64,000 bases of DNA, taken from Polyangiales bacterium. GTDB lineage: Bacteria > Myxococcota_A > Polyangia > Polyangiales > Ga0077539. Positions within the stretch are counted from its first letter, which is position 1, and each line of letters begins with the position of its first letter. The DNA is taken from positions 512,001-576,000 of the forward strand of contig JBGARZ010000001.1 of NCBI GenBank assembly GCA_044229975.1, read 5' to 3'. The notes under the pieces were generated by a model. That model had not been told where the DNA came from. It worked only from the letters and a program-made list of their open reading frames with translations, and searched no databases. Positions 1 through 8,928 of the stretch are shown here, piece after piece. Made by a program: the position numbers and the translations under genes.

Positions 1-2118
1 ATGCAGCTCCTCTACCTCCCGGTTCCTGCCGCGGAGCGGGGACGTCGCAAGGCCACCCTCGACGGCATCATCAAGCCCTGCACCGAAGCCCTCGCGGGCG
101 CCTCCCTCTTCGCCTACCGCGCGCTCTCCGGTGCCCTCGCACCGCTCGCTGCCCTCACCGCCATCGTCACCGTGCTGTGGGTGCTCGCGATCCTTCGGAT
201 GCGCCCCGCGTATGCGCGCTCGCTCGCCGAGACGCTGCGTCGTCGTCGGCTGTCCGCGGGTGTTCCTGATGAGGCGCTGGCCCTCGACCTCGCGCAGGCC
301 GTCCGCGGCGCGCTCGACTCCGCCGACCCCGCCGAGCTGCGCCACGGGCTCGACCTCGCTCCCCTCGCCCCACGCCCCCTCGCCGCCAGTCTCCGCGCGC
401 TCGTCGATCACCCAGACGCCGACGTGCGCGCGCGCGCCCTCGCCTGCCTCGCCGCGGGCACCGTCCCCATCGACGACGACGCGCTCGACCGATCGCTCGC
501 TCACGCCGACCCGGCCGTGCGCGCCGAAGCCGCCCGCGCCGCCACGGGAACGCAGATCACCCGCGTCGCGCCGCTGCTCGACGACCCCGAAGCCGCGGTC
601 GTCGCTGCCGCCGCTGGGGTCCTCCACGCGCACGGCGATCGCGAGCGGGTCGTCGCGCGCGTCGAGACGCTCCTCGTCGACGGCGACGCCGCGGTGCGCA
701 CGCTCGGCCTCCTGGTCGCGCGAACCGTAGCCAACCCCGCACTCCTGCCCGCGCTCATCGCCCGCTTCGATGACCCCCGCGAGGCCCGCCGCGCGCTCGA
801 AGCGGCCGCCGCCGTCGGCCCCGCCGCCGAGCCCGCCCTCGTCGCCGCGCTGGCGCAACCCGATCGCGCGCCCGCCGCCGTCCGCGCCCTCGGCCTCCTC
901 GGTCGTCCGTCGTCCATCAACCACGTCGCCGCGGCGCTCTCCCACGACGACGAGCGCGTGCGCGACGCCGCCTGCGAAGCCCTCTCGCGCGCCGCCACCC
1001 GCGACGATCCGCCCGATCTCCCAGGCGATGCGATGCTCGTCGCGTGTGAGACCGATCTGGCCCGCGCGTTCACGGCCATGGCCGCCGCGGCGGGCCTCGG
1101 TCGCGCCGAGTCGGCCCTCATGTCCGACGGAACCCGCGCGCTCGTCCCCTACCGCCCCGACGAGGTCGACGGCCCCGCGGCGCTCATCTCGCGCGCCCTG
1201 CGCGAGCGCGGAGAGCGGGCGCGCAACCGGGTGTTTCTCCTGCTGGGTGCGCTCGAACCCGAGCTCGACGTCCCGACGGTGCGCGAGAACCTCGACGAGC
1301 CCGACCCGGTGCGCCGCGCAAACGCGGTCGAGCTCCTCGATGCAGGCGCCTGGCGAGGCAGGGCCGGGACCATCAAGTCCCTCGTCATCACCCTCGTCGA
1401 CGAGTCGCCGCGCGAGCTGAAGCTGTCCGCCGTGTCGCGACGGCTGAAGCTCCCGGCGCGCGCCCGCGACGGGTGGGTGACGGCGCTCCTCGACGACCCC
1501 AACGCGTGGATGGCCGCGTGCGCGGCGTACTACGCGGGCGCGGCGGGGGTCGTGTCGGCGAGGCCGAAGCTCGACGCGTTGACGCGCGACCCGAGGGCCG
1601 TTGTGAGGGAGACCGCGACGCGGGCGTGCGCGACCCTCGACCGAGGACCAGGGGACACGAAGGAAGAGGGCGCGATGATCACGACGGCGGAGAAGGTGTT
1701 GTTCCTCAAGGGCATCGAGCTCTTCGCCGCGGTGCCGAGCGAGGACCTGGTCGAGATCGCCGCGATCACCACAGAGGTCGCGGCCGACGAGTCCGAGGAG
1801 GTCTTCCGCGAGGGCGACCGCGGCGACGCGCTCTACCTCGTGGTCGACGGGTCGGTGCGGGTCGAACGCGGCGGGCGCACCCTGGCCGTGCTCGGCGTGC
1901 GGGACGTCTTCGGAGAGATGTCCCTCCTCGACGCCGAGGCCCGCAGCGCGACCGCCGTGGCCGTCTCCGGCCTCACGCTCCTTCGTATCGGGCGTGATGA
2001 CTTCACGGCGGTGTTGCGCGAGCGACCCGAGGTGGCGGCGGGCGTGCTGCGGGTGCTCTCCCGGCGACTGCGCGCGGCCAACCTCAGCGCCGACCACACC
2101 GCGGACCCGCCGCGGTGA
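1..2118 (+). CDS. 5'-truncated NTT/MFS-like nucleotide carrier C-terminus fused to HEAT repeats and a C-terminal cNMP-binding domain
   Basis: Starts with 'LLYLPVP..RGRRKATLDGIIKP' and hydrophobic helices typical of the end of Npt/TLC-type carriers. HEAT-like 'DPxVRxxAxxAL' repeats follow, then a cNMP domain 'VFREGDRGDALYLVVDGSVRV...FGEMSLLDAEARSATA'. The ORF runs in from the window edge. Confidence 0.75.
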   Translation: MQLLYLPVPAAERGRRKATLDGIIKPCTEALAGASLFAYRALSGALAPLAALTAIVTVLWVLAILRMRPAYARSLAETLRRRRLSAGVPDEALALDLAQAVRGALDSADPAELRHGLDLAPLAPRPLAASLRALVDHPDADVRARALACLAAGTVPIDDDALDRSLAHADPAVRAEAARAATGTQITRVAPLLDDPEAAVVAAAAGVLHAHGDRERVVARVETLLVDGDAAVRTLGLLVARTVANPALLPALIARFDDPREARRALEAAAAVGPAAEPALVAALAQPDRAPAAVRALGLLGRPSSINHVAAALSHDDERVRDAACEALSRAATRDDPPDLPGDAMLVACETDLARAFTAMAAAAGLGRAESALMSDGTRALVPYRPDEVDGPAALISRALRERGERARNRVFLLLGALEPELDVPTVRENLDEPDPVRRANAVELLDAGAWRGRAGTIKSLVITLVDESPRELKLSAVSRRLKLPARARDGWVTALLDDPNAWMAACAAYYAGAAGVVSARPKLDALTRDPRAVVRETATRACATLDRGPGDTKEEGAMITTAEKVLFLKGIELFAAVPSEDLVEIAAITTEVAADESEEVFREGDRGDALYLVVDGSVRVERGGRTLAVLGVRDVFGEMSLLDAEARSATAVAVSGLTLLRIGRDDFTAVLRERPEVAAGVLRVLSRRLRAANLSADHTADPPR

Positions 2119-5100
2119 CCCGCTCGCCCGACGACACCGCGCCCACGCAGCCGCTCGCGAGCGCGCCGGAGTCGCCGTGGAGCGAGGTGAGCCCCGTCGA
2201 GGCCCTGATCCCGGTCGAGCGGGCGCGCTACGAGGTGCTCGGTGAGTTCGCGCGCGGAGGACTCGGCCGCATCTTCCGCGCCCGCGACCGCCGCACCGGG
2301 CGCGTCGTCGCCATCAAGGAGGTGCTGCTCGCGGAGCCCGACGTGCTGCGCCGCTTCGAGCGCGAGGCGCTCGTCACCGCCAACCTCCAGCACCCGTCCA
2401 TCGTCCCCGTCTACGAGGTCGGCCGCTGGTCCGATGGGGGGCCCTTCTTCGCGATGATGCTGGTGAAGGGTCGCCCCCTCGACGACCTCATCGACGAGAC
2501 CCCCGACCCCGCGAAGCGCCTCGCGCTGCTCCCGCACGCCATCGCCGTCGCCGAGGCCCTCGCGTACGCGCACGGCGAGCGGGTGATCCACCGCGACCTG
2601 AAGCCCGCCAACGTGCTGGTCGGCAGCTTCGGCGAGACCGTGGTCATCGACTGGGGCCTCGCGCGCAACCTCGCAGCGGACGAACCCGACGCCTCGTCGC
2701 GCCCCATCCCGGTGCCTGCCGCGGGCGACCAGACCGTCGCCGGGAGCGTCATGGGAACACCCGCCTACATGCCCCCGGAGCAGGCGCGCGGCGAGGTCGT
2801 CGACGAGCGCGCGGACGTCTACGCCATCGGCGCGATCCTCTATCACCTGCTCGGTGGCGTTCGTCCCTACGCCGAGGCCCTGCGCGCCGAGTTCGTCCTC
2901 CAGCGTGTCATCGCGGGTCCACCACGGCCGCTCACCGAGCTCGCGCCCGAGCTGCCAGCCGAGCTCATCGCCGTCGTCGCGCGCGCCACGGCCCACCGCC
3001 CCGAAGACCGCTACCCGACCGCCCGCGGGCTCGCCGACGACCTCCGTCGTTACACCGCGGGTCAGCTCGTGGGCGCCCACCGCTACACCGTGCGCGAGCT
3101 CGCCGCGCGGTGGGTGCGGCGCAACCGGGCGCTCGTCGCGACGGCCGCCGCCGCGCTCGTGGGCCTCGGTGCCTTCGGTGCGTACAGCGTGCGGCGCATC
3201 TCTGCCGAGCGCGACGAGGCCACGCGACAGCGAGCCGTCGCAGTGCGCGCCCAGGCGCTCGCGGAGCAGGAGCTTGGTGTCGGCCTGGAGGAGTTCGGCC
3301 GGCAGGCGCTCGTCGCGGGCAACGCGGCGCAGGCGATGACGTACTTCGCCGCCTCGTGGGGGCACCGCCCCGAGGGGACCGCCACGCTGCGCTTCCTCGC
3401 AGGCCGGGCGCGCGACGCGACCGCGGGCGTGATCGACGTCGCGCCGGGTCACGACGGGACGACGCTCTGGGCCGCGCGCACCCCCGACGGCGCGTTGCTG
3501 TTGAGCGCGGGCTTCGACCGCGTGCTTCGCGCGTGGGACCTCCGCACCCGCCGCGTTCGTTGGTCGCAGCACGGCCCCGTGTACGCGGCCCTGTCGCCCG
3601 ACGGAACCCGCGTGGCCGCGGTCGACGAGCAGGGGACGCTCAGCGTCTACGCCACGTCGGACGGCTCGGTGGCCCATCGCGCGACCTTCGCCGCGGGAGA
3701 GGAGACGCTCGCCATCGACTGGTCCGCCGACGGGTCGCATCTCGCCGTGGGCGGCCGCGCCGGGACCCTCGGCCTGTGGGGCGCCGGACTCCGCGCGACG
3801 AGCGTGTTGCGAGCGCACACGGGACGCATCCGCGACGTTCGCTTCTCGCCCGACGGTGCGCTGCTCGCGAGCGCGGGCGACGACGGCGTGGTGCTGCTCT
3901 GGGACGCCGCGACGGGCGAGGCGCGCGGCCGTCTCGCGGCCCACCGCGGACAGGTGAACAGCGTCGCGTGGCTGGACCCGGCGCACCTCGCATCGGGCGG
4001 CGACGACGCGACGGTGATCGTGTGGGACGCGCGCACCGCAACAGCACAGCGCACCCTCGCGGCGGGCGCGGGCGTGTACCGCGTGGCGATCGACCGCGAG
4101 CGGCAGCGCATCGCGGCGGCGGTCGTCGACCCGGCGGTCGTGGTGTGGGATGCGCGCACGGGCGAGCGTGTCGCGAGCCTCGGCGGGCACCGCGGCAGCG
4201 CCAACGACGCGATGTTTTCGGCGGGTCACCTGCTGACGACCGACGAGGACGGAACGCTCCGACGCTGGGACATCGACCGCGCCGCGGTGGTGGGAACAGC
4301 GCCGACCGAGGGGCTCGCGTTCAGCGTGACCACGGGGCACGGCTTCGGCGTGGTGGCGGGCGAGGCCGCGCGGATACGTGTGCTGCGCGACGCCCCCGAC
4401 GCGTGGCTCGCGCGACTCGCGGGGCATCGCGCGCGGGTGCGACAGATCGCCTTCGACGCCACCGGGACGACGCTCTACACGGCCTCCAACGACGGAACGA
4501 CCCAGGCATGGGACGCCTCAACCGGTACGCACCGCTTCACCGTCGGCGTGAGCGACCCGTCGCCCGACCTCCCGGCACCATCGCCCGACACGCCGCCGCC
4601 GCCCAACCCGCACGGGGTTCGCGCGCTCGCGGTCACGCCCTACGACCGCACGCTGGTGACCGCCGCGGAGGACGGCACCGTGGGCGTGTGGGACGCCCGC
4701 AGCGGCGCGGCGCTCGGTCGCCTCGACGGACACCGTGGGCGCGTGCGGGACGTGACGCTCACGGCCGATGGCGCGACGGCGGTCACCGCGGGCGAGGACG
4801 GCACCGCGCGCGTGTGGGACGTCTCCACCCGCAGCCAGCGACGGCGCGTCGACATCGGAGCACCGTTGCAGAGCGCGCGGCTCACGCCCGACGGTCGACA
4901 GATCGTCGTGCTCGCGGAGGACCAGTCGCTCTCGTTCTGGGACGCGACCAGCGGCGCGCGGTTGGACGGTGGCGGCCTCGCGCCGACGCGCATCGTCGAG
5001 CTCCACTTCACGGCCAACGGTCGGCTCATCTCGCCGCAGGCCGACGCGGTGCGCCTCATTGATCCGGCGACGGGGGCCGAGGCACGCTCCATCGCGGTGG

Positions 5101-5564
5101 GGATGGTGTCGAGCGTCGACGTCTCGCCTGACGGGCACACGCTCTTCTTCGGAGGAGCGGGCGGCGAGGTGTACCTGGTGAACGAAGCCAACGGCGCGCG
5201 CATCCGGTCGTGGCACGCGCACGAGGGCGTCGTGACGGCGTCGCGCTTCCGCCCCGACGGCGCGGTGCTCGCGACCATCGGAACAGACTCCATCGTGCGC
5301 GTCTGGGAGACGTCCTCGGCGCGCCTGCTCGCCGCGTCACCACGCTTCCCGGGGATGACGTTGCAGTTGCGGTGGAGCGCCGACGGTCGTCGCCTCGGCG
5401 TCGCGGGCGTGTCGAGCGAGGCGTGGGTGTGGCAGGTCGCTCCGGCCGACGGCGACGCGGCGGCGTACGCCCGACGCGCGCGTTGCGTGAGCCCGTGGCG
5501 GCTCGACGGAACGTCACTGGTCGCCGCGACCGCCGACCCGGCGGCGTGCGCGCTGGTCCGGTGA
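2115..5564 (+). CDS. Hanks-type Ser/Thr protein kinase with C-terminal WD40 repeats
   Basis: Kinase motifs ARGGLGRIF, VAIK, HRDLKPAN, DWGLA, GTPAYMPPEQ; a TM-like segment; many GH...WD repeats. GTGA overlap with the upstream stop. Confidence 0.92.
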   Translation: MTRSPDDTAPTQPLASAPESPWSEVSPVEALIPVERARYEVLGEFARGGLGRIFRARDRRTGRVVAIKEVLLAEPDVLRRFEREALVTANLQHPSIVPVYEVGRWSDGGPFFAMMLVKGRPLDDLIDETPDPAKRLALLPHAIAVAEALAYAHGERVIHRDLKPANVLVGSFGETVVIDWGLARNLAADEPDASSRPIPVPAAGDQTVAGSVMGTPAYMPPEQARGEVVDERADVYAIGAILYHLLGGVRPYAEALRAEFVLQRVIAGPPRPLTELAPELPAELIAVVARATAHRPEDRYPTARGLADDLRRYTAGQLVGAHRYTVRELAARWVRRNRALVATAAAALVGLGAFGAYSVRRISAERDEATRQRAVAVRAQALAEQELGVGLEEFGRQALVAGNAAQAMTYFAASWGHRPEGTATLRFLAGRARDATAGVIDVAPGHDGTTLWAARTPDGALLLSAGFDRVLRAWDLRTRRVRWSQHGPVYAALSPDGTRVAAVDEQGTLSVYATSDGSVAHRATFAAGEETLAIDWSADGSHLAVGGRAGTLGLWGAGLRATSVLRAHTGRIRDVRFSPDGALLASAGDDGVVLLWDAATGEARGRLAAHRGQVNSVAWLDPAHLASGGDDATVIVWDARTATAQRTLAAGAGVYRVAIDRERQRIAAAVVDPAVVVWDARTGERVASLGGHRGSANDAMFSAGHLLTTDEDGTLRRWDIDRAAVVGTAPTEGLAFSVTTGHGFGVVAGEAARIRVLRDAPDAWLARLAGHRARVRQIAFDATGTTLYTASNDGTTQAWDASTGTHRFTVGVSDPSPDLPAPSPDTPPPPNPHGVRALAVTPYDRTLVTAAEDGTVGVWDARSGAALGRLDGHRGRVRDVTLTADGATAVTAGEDGTARVWDVSTRSQRRRVDIGAPLQSARLTPDGRQIVVLAEDQSLSFWDATSGARLDGGGLAPTRIVELHFTANGRLISPQADAVRLIDPATGAEARSIAVGMVSSVDVSPDGHTLFFGGAGGEVYLVNEANGARIRSWHAHEGVVTASRFRPDGAVLATIGTDSIVRVWETSSARLLAASPRFPGMTLQLRWSADGRRLGVAGVSSEAWVWQVAPADGDAAAYARRARCVSPWRLDGTSLVAATADPAACALVR

Positions 5565-5593
5565 GGGTTCAGGTCTCGCGAGAGGCACTGCTA

Positions 5594-5753
5594 CCCCATG
5601 GCAGGAGTTCTGATGGGTTGGAGAAGCCGCAAGGACGCGAGGGTCGCCAGGATGAGATGAGATGAGGTGTTGGTGGGTCGCTCTGTTCGTTCCTCCCTTG
5701 CGACCCTCGCGTCCTTGCGACTTCCCCAACCCATCAGAACTCCTGCCATGGGG
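5594..5753. repeat. Long inverted repeat (54-bp arms, 2 mismatches, 52-bp loop) between convergent genes; MITE/REP-like
   Basis: 5594-5647 CCCCATGGCAGGAGTTCTGATGGGTTGGAGAAGCCGCAAGGACGCGAGGGTCGC is the reverse complement of 5700-5753 except at 2 positions. Confidence 0.9.
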
Positions 5754-5755
5754 CA

Positions 5756-7078
5756 CTAGATCAAGTTGTGTCTCCGCATGTAGTCGGCGGCGTCGTCGTA
5801 CTGCCCCGACTCGTTGGCGAACTGCACATGGTTGCGGATGGTTCCGAACCACTCGCGCGTCGACGGTCGCAGCCGCGCGCGCGCCGCTTCGAGCATGGGC
5901 ATGGTGATGGGCTCGACCTTGCCCGACGCGAGGCTCTTCCCGATGGCGGCCTCTGCTCCCGCATCGATGAGGTGCTCTAGATCGGCGCCCGACCATCCCT
6001 CGGTGAGCGCGGCGAGGCGCCCGAAGTCCATCGGTCCCTGCGGCTTGTCGCCGAGCTTCAGCTTGAGAATCTGCGCGCGCCCCGCCGCATCCGGCGGCGG
6101 AACGAAGATCACCTGGCTGAACCTCCCCGGCCGGCGAAACGCCGGGTCGACGTCCCACGGCGTGTTGGTCGCGCCGAGCACCAGCACCCGCTCGTTGCGG
6201 CTCGCGAAGCCATCGAGCTCTGCGAGAAACTGCGTGATGACCCCGCGCATCGCGCCCGTCACCAGCTTCGCGCGCTCGATGCCCAGCGCGTCGACCTCGT
6301 CGAAGAACAACACCGTCGGCGCCCGCCGCCGCGCGTCCTCGAAGATCGCGTGGAGCTGCCGCTCGGAGTTGCCGATCCACATGTCGAGCACCTCGTGCAG
6401 CCCGACCGACACGAAGTGCGCGCCGCACTCCCCGGCCGTCGCGCGCGCCATGAAGGTCTTGCCGCACCCCGGCGGACCGTAGAAGAGAATCCCGCCGCCG
6501 CCCTTCTTCCCGTACGCCGCAAACAGGTCGGGCTTCTGGAAGGGCAGGACGATCCGCATCCGGATGCGCTCCTTCAGCTCGTCGAGACCCCCGACGTCGG
6601 CGAAGGTGACGCCGTCGCGACCCGCTGGCGCCGAGAGGTCCTTCGCCGCGCTCGCGGGCTCCTCTCGCGCGGGCACCAACGCGTCCCAGAGCTGCGTGTC
6701 GGCGAGCCCCGGGTCGATGCTCACCGCGCGCTCGTAGTCCTTGCGGGCCTCGCGCTGGTCGTTGCGCTTCTCGTGGATGCGCGCTCGCAGCAGCAGCGCC
6801 ATCGCGTGGTCGGGCGCGCCCGCGAGCACCCCGTTGGCGAAGCCGAGCGCGCGGTCGACGTCGCCCACCGCCAGCGCGCAGCGCGACGCCCCGACGCCCG
6901 CCTCGTCACCGACGACCCGATCGCTCGTGAGCTTCTCGAAGTGGGCGAGCGCGTCGCGGGGCTGCCCCGCCTTCTCCATCGAGGCCGCGACGTGAAGCCG
7001 GAGCGGGGCGTTGTCGGGGGTCAGCGCGAGGGCATCGAGGAGCAGCTTGAGCGTCGGGTCGGTGGGCCGGTCTTGCAT
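5756..7078 (-). CDS. TPR-domain AAA+ ATPase (Cdc48/FtsH-like AAA module)
   Basis: N-terminal TPR-like helices; 'VTFADVGGL', Walker A GPPGCGKT, Walker B LFFDEVD, SRH 'ATNTPWDVDPAFRRPGRF'. Confidence 0.9.
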   Translation of the reverse strand: MQDRPTDPTLKLLLDALALTPDNAPLRLHVAASMEKAGQPRDALAHFEKLTSDRVVGDEAGVGASRCALAVGDVDRALGFANGVLAGAPDHAMALLLRARIHEKRNDQREARKDYERAVSIDPGLADTQLWDALVPAREEPASAAKDLSAPAGRDGVTFADVGGLDELKERIRMRIVLPFQKPDLFAAYGKKGGGGILFYGPPGCGKTFMARATAGECGAHFVSVGLHEVLDMWIGNSERQLHAIFEDARRRAPTVLFFDEVDALGIERAKLVTGAMRGVITQFLAELDGFASRNERVLVLGATNTPWDVDPAFRRPGRFSQVIFVPPPDAAGRAQILKLKLGDKPQGPMDFGRLAALTEGWSGADLEHLIDAGAEAAIGKSLASGKVEPITMPMLEAARARLRPSTREWFGTIRNHVQFANESGQYDDAADYMRRHNLI

Positions 7079-7129
7079 GGGCGCAGTGTAGCCCGACCGC
7101 CTTGCGCGCGGCGTCGCCGCGGCGCGGGC

Positions 7130-8878
7130 TCACACCGTCAGCGCCGCGTCGATGAGGAACACCTCCGGCACCACCCGCCGCAGCCGACCTCGCGACACCG
7201 GCCGCTTCGCATCGGCCGCCGCCTCGTCGCGCATCACCCGCGTCCCCTCACCCGTCATCGCCCGCAGCTCGGCCCGCAGCGCGTCGGCCTCTCGCGCCTC
7301 GCCGAGCGCCGCCAGCACCCGCGACTGCCACAGCAGCAGCCGCGCCCGCCGCACCGCTCCGCCCTCCAGCGAGAGCGCCACCCGCAGGTGATCGCGCGCC
7401 GCCGCGAGGTCGTCGCCCATCATCGCGAAGAACGCCGCCACCGTCCGAAAGCCCGGCTCCCGCGGCGCCCGCCGCACGATCTCCTCGAAGCGCCGCCGCA
7501 CCTCGCGCGGAGGGGCCCCTTCGAGGTGCGCCTGCCCCGCCTCGGCGTACATCCGCGCCGTCGCCCGGTCTTCGTCTGTCAGCGCGCCGCCGCGGTGCGA
7601 GCGCCCCGTCCCCTGCCCCGTCGCGGACGCCACCGCCACCTCGCCGACGTCCCCGTCCCACGACCACGGCACCGTCACGTACGGCCCCAGCCCCGCGGGC
7701 GCGCTTCCCACCGACACGCGGATGCACCGCGCCTCGGGCTCCGCCACGATGGCCTGCGCCGCCATCGCCGACACCACGCAGTCCCCCGACAGCCGCTGAA
7801 CGCCCTCCCCCGCGTCGCACGCGTCGGGCGCGCAGTAGTCGCCGAGCAGCGACTCCAGGTCGTCGCCCGAGAGTCCGCCGACGGCGCCGCGCACGCGATC
7901 GTTGAGGCGGTGGTACCGCGCGTCAGAGTCGTTGGCGAAGGCCGCGCTCGTCGTGGTCTGTCCCTCGCGCAGAGGCTCCGCGAGGTAGCGGTTGGTCGTC
8001 GCGAGGTGCTGCGCTTCACGGCGCGCCCGCGTCGCTTCGACGGCCGCTCCGCTGGTCTCGATGACGACGGCGCTGCGCTCGGCAGCCGACGACACCAGCA
8101 GCCCCCACGACGAGGACGCCCCCACATCGCGCGCGATGGACACCGCCTCGTCGAGCGTGCGGGCGCGGCGGACGATCTCGTGGCCGAGGTCGGCGATGGC
8201 GGCGCCGGTCCCCCGCACGTCGCGGTGGAAGCGGGTGTGCGCGGTGATGGTGATGCCCGCCTCGTTGAAGCCGGTGACGCCCGGGAGGTCGGCGCCGCGG
8301 GTCGTGACGAAGCCATACCGAACACCCTCATCGGGATCGCAGAAGACCACTGCGGGTTGAGCGCTCCAGAGGGTGGCGCCGGGGAAGTCGAAGGTGCGCG
8401 CGTGACGAAGCGCGCCGTCGTCGGAGGCGTCGCCCCACACCGCGACGCTCGAACAAGCGGGGATGGCCGCGAAGCTCGCGACGTGAGCGGGGAATGCGCC
8501 CGCGCGACCGAGGACGCCGACGGCGTTCTGGAGGACGTCCATGGTGAGCATCGCGACTGCGGTGCGAGCAGGCATGCCCGCGGCGGCGAGCATGGCCTCG
8601 TTGCGCGCGAGGTAGTTGGCGAAGTGGCGCCCGCGGTAGCGGTGGAGAACCTGCGCGGCGGCGAGCAGCATCGGCCCCACCACCGCCTCCATGGGGCGAC
8701 GCGCCGCGTGCGGAACGGCGAGCGCCAGCATGCGCGCGGCCATCGTCGGATAGAAGGCGTTGGCCGCCTGGTAGCCGCCGAAGCGTCGGAGGAGGGCGCC
8801 GTGCTGGGCGCCCATGTCTCGCTGCGATCCGCGGAGGCGAAGGACGAGGAAGGGGTTCGAGGCGGGCGTCGACGACAT
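7130..8878 (-). CDS. C45-family (Ntn-hydrolase) autoproteolytic acyltransferase/peptidase with a C-terminal TPR-like region
   Basis: 'LRLRGSQRDMGAQHG' N-terminus, nucleophile motif 'ACSSVAVWG', 'HARTFDF', 'GFNEAGI', 'TNRY'. Confidence 0.8.
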   Translation of the reverse strand: MSSTPASNPFLVLRLRGSQRDMGAQHGALLRRFGGYQAANAFYPTMAARMLALAVPHAARRPMEAVVGPMLLAAAQVLHRYRGRHFANYLARNEAMLAAAGMPARTAVAMLTMDVLQNAVGVLGRAGAFPAHVASFAAIPACSSVAVWGDASDDGALRHARTFDFPGATLWSAQPAVVFCDPDEGVRYGFVTTRGADLPGVTGFNEAGITITAHTRFHRDVRGTGAAIADLGHEIVRRARTLDEAVSIARDVGASSSWGLLVSSAAERSAVVIETSGAAVEATRARREAQHLATTNRYLAEPLREGQTTTSAAFANDSDARYHRLNDRVRGAVGGLSGDDLESLLGDYCAPDACDAGEGVQRLSGDCVVSAMAAQAIVAEPEARCIRVSVGSAPAGLGPYVTVPWSWDGDVGEVAVASATGQGTGRSHRGGALTDEDRATARMYAEAGQAHLEGAPPREVRRRFEEIVRRAPREPGFRTVAAFFAMMGDDLAAARDHLRVALSLEGGAVRRARLLLWQSRVLAALGEAREADALRAELRAMTGEGTRVMRDEAAADAKRPVSRGRLRRVVPEVFLIDAALTV

Positions 8879-8928
8879 GGGCGGGACGTTACCGCGACGA
8901 CGGCGCTGCGGTCAGCGTCGCGGGGCGA

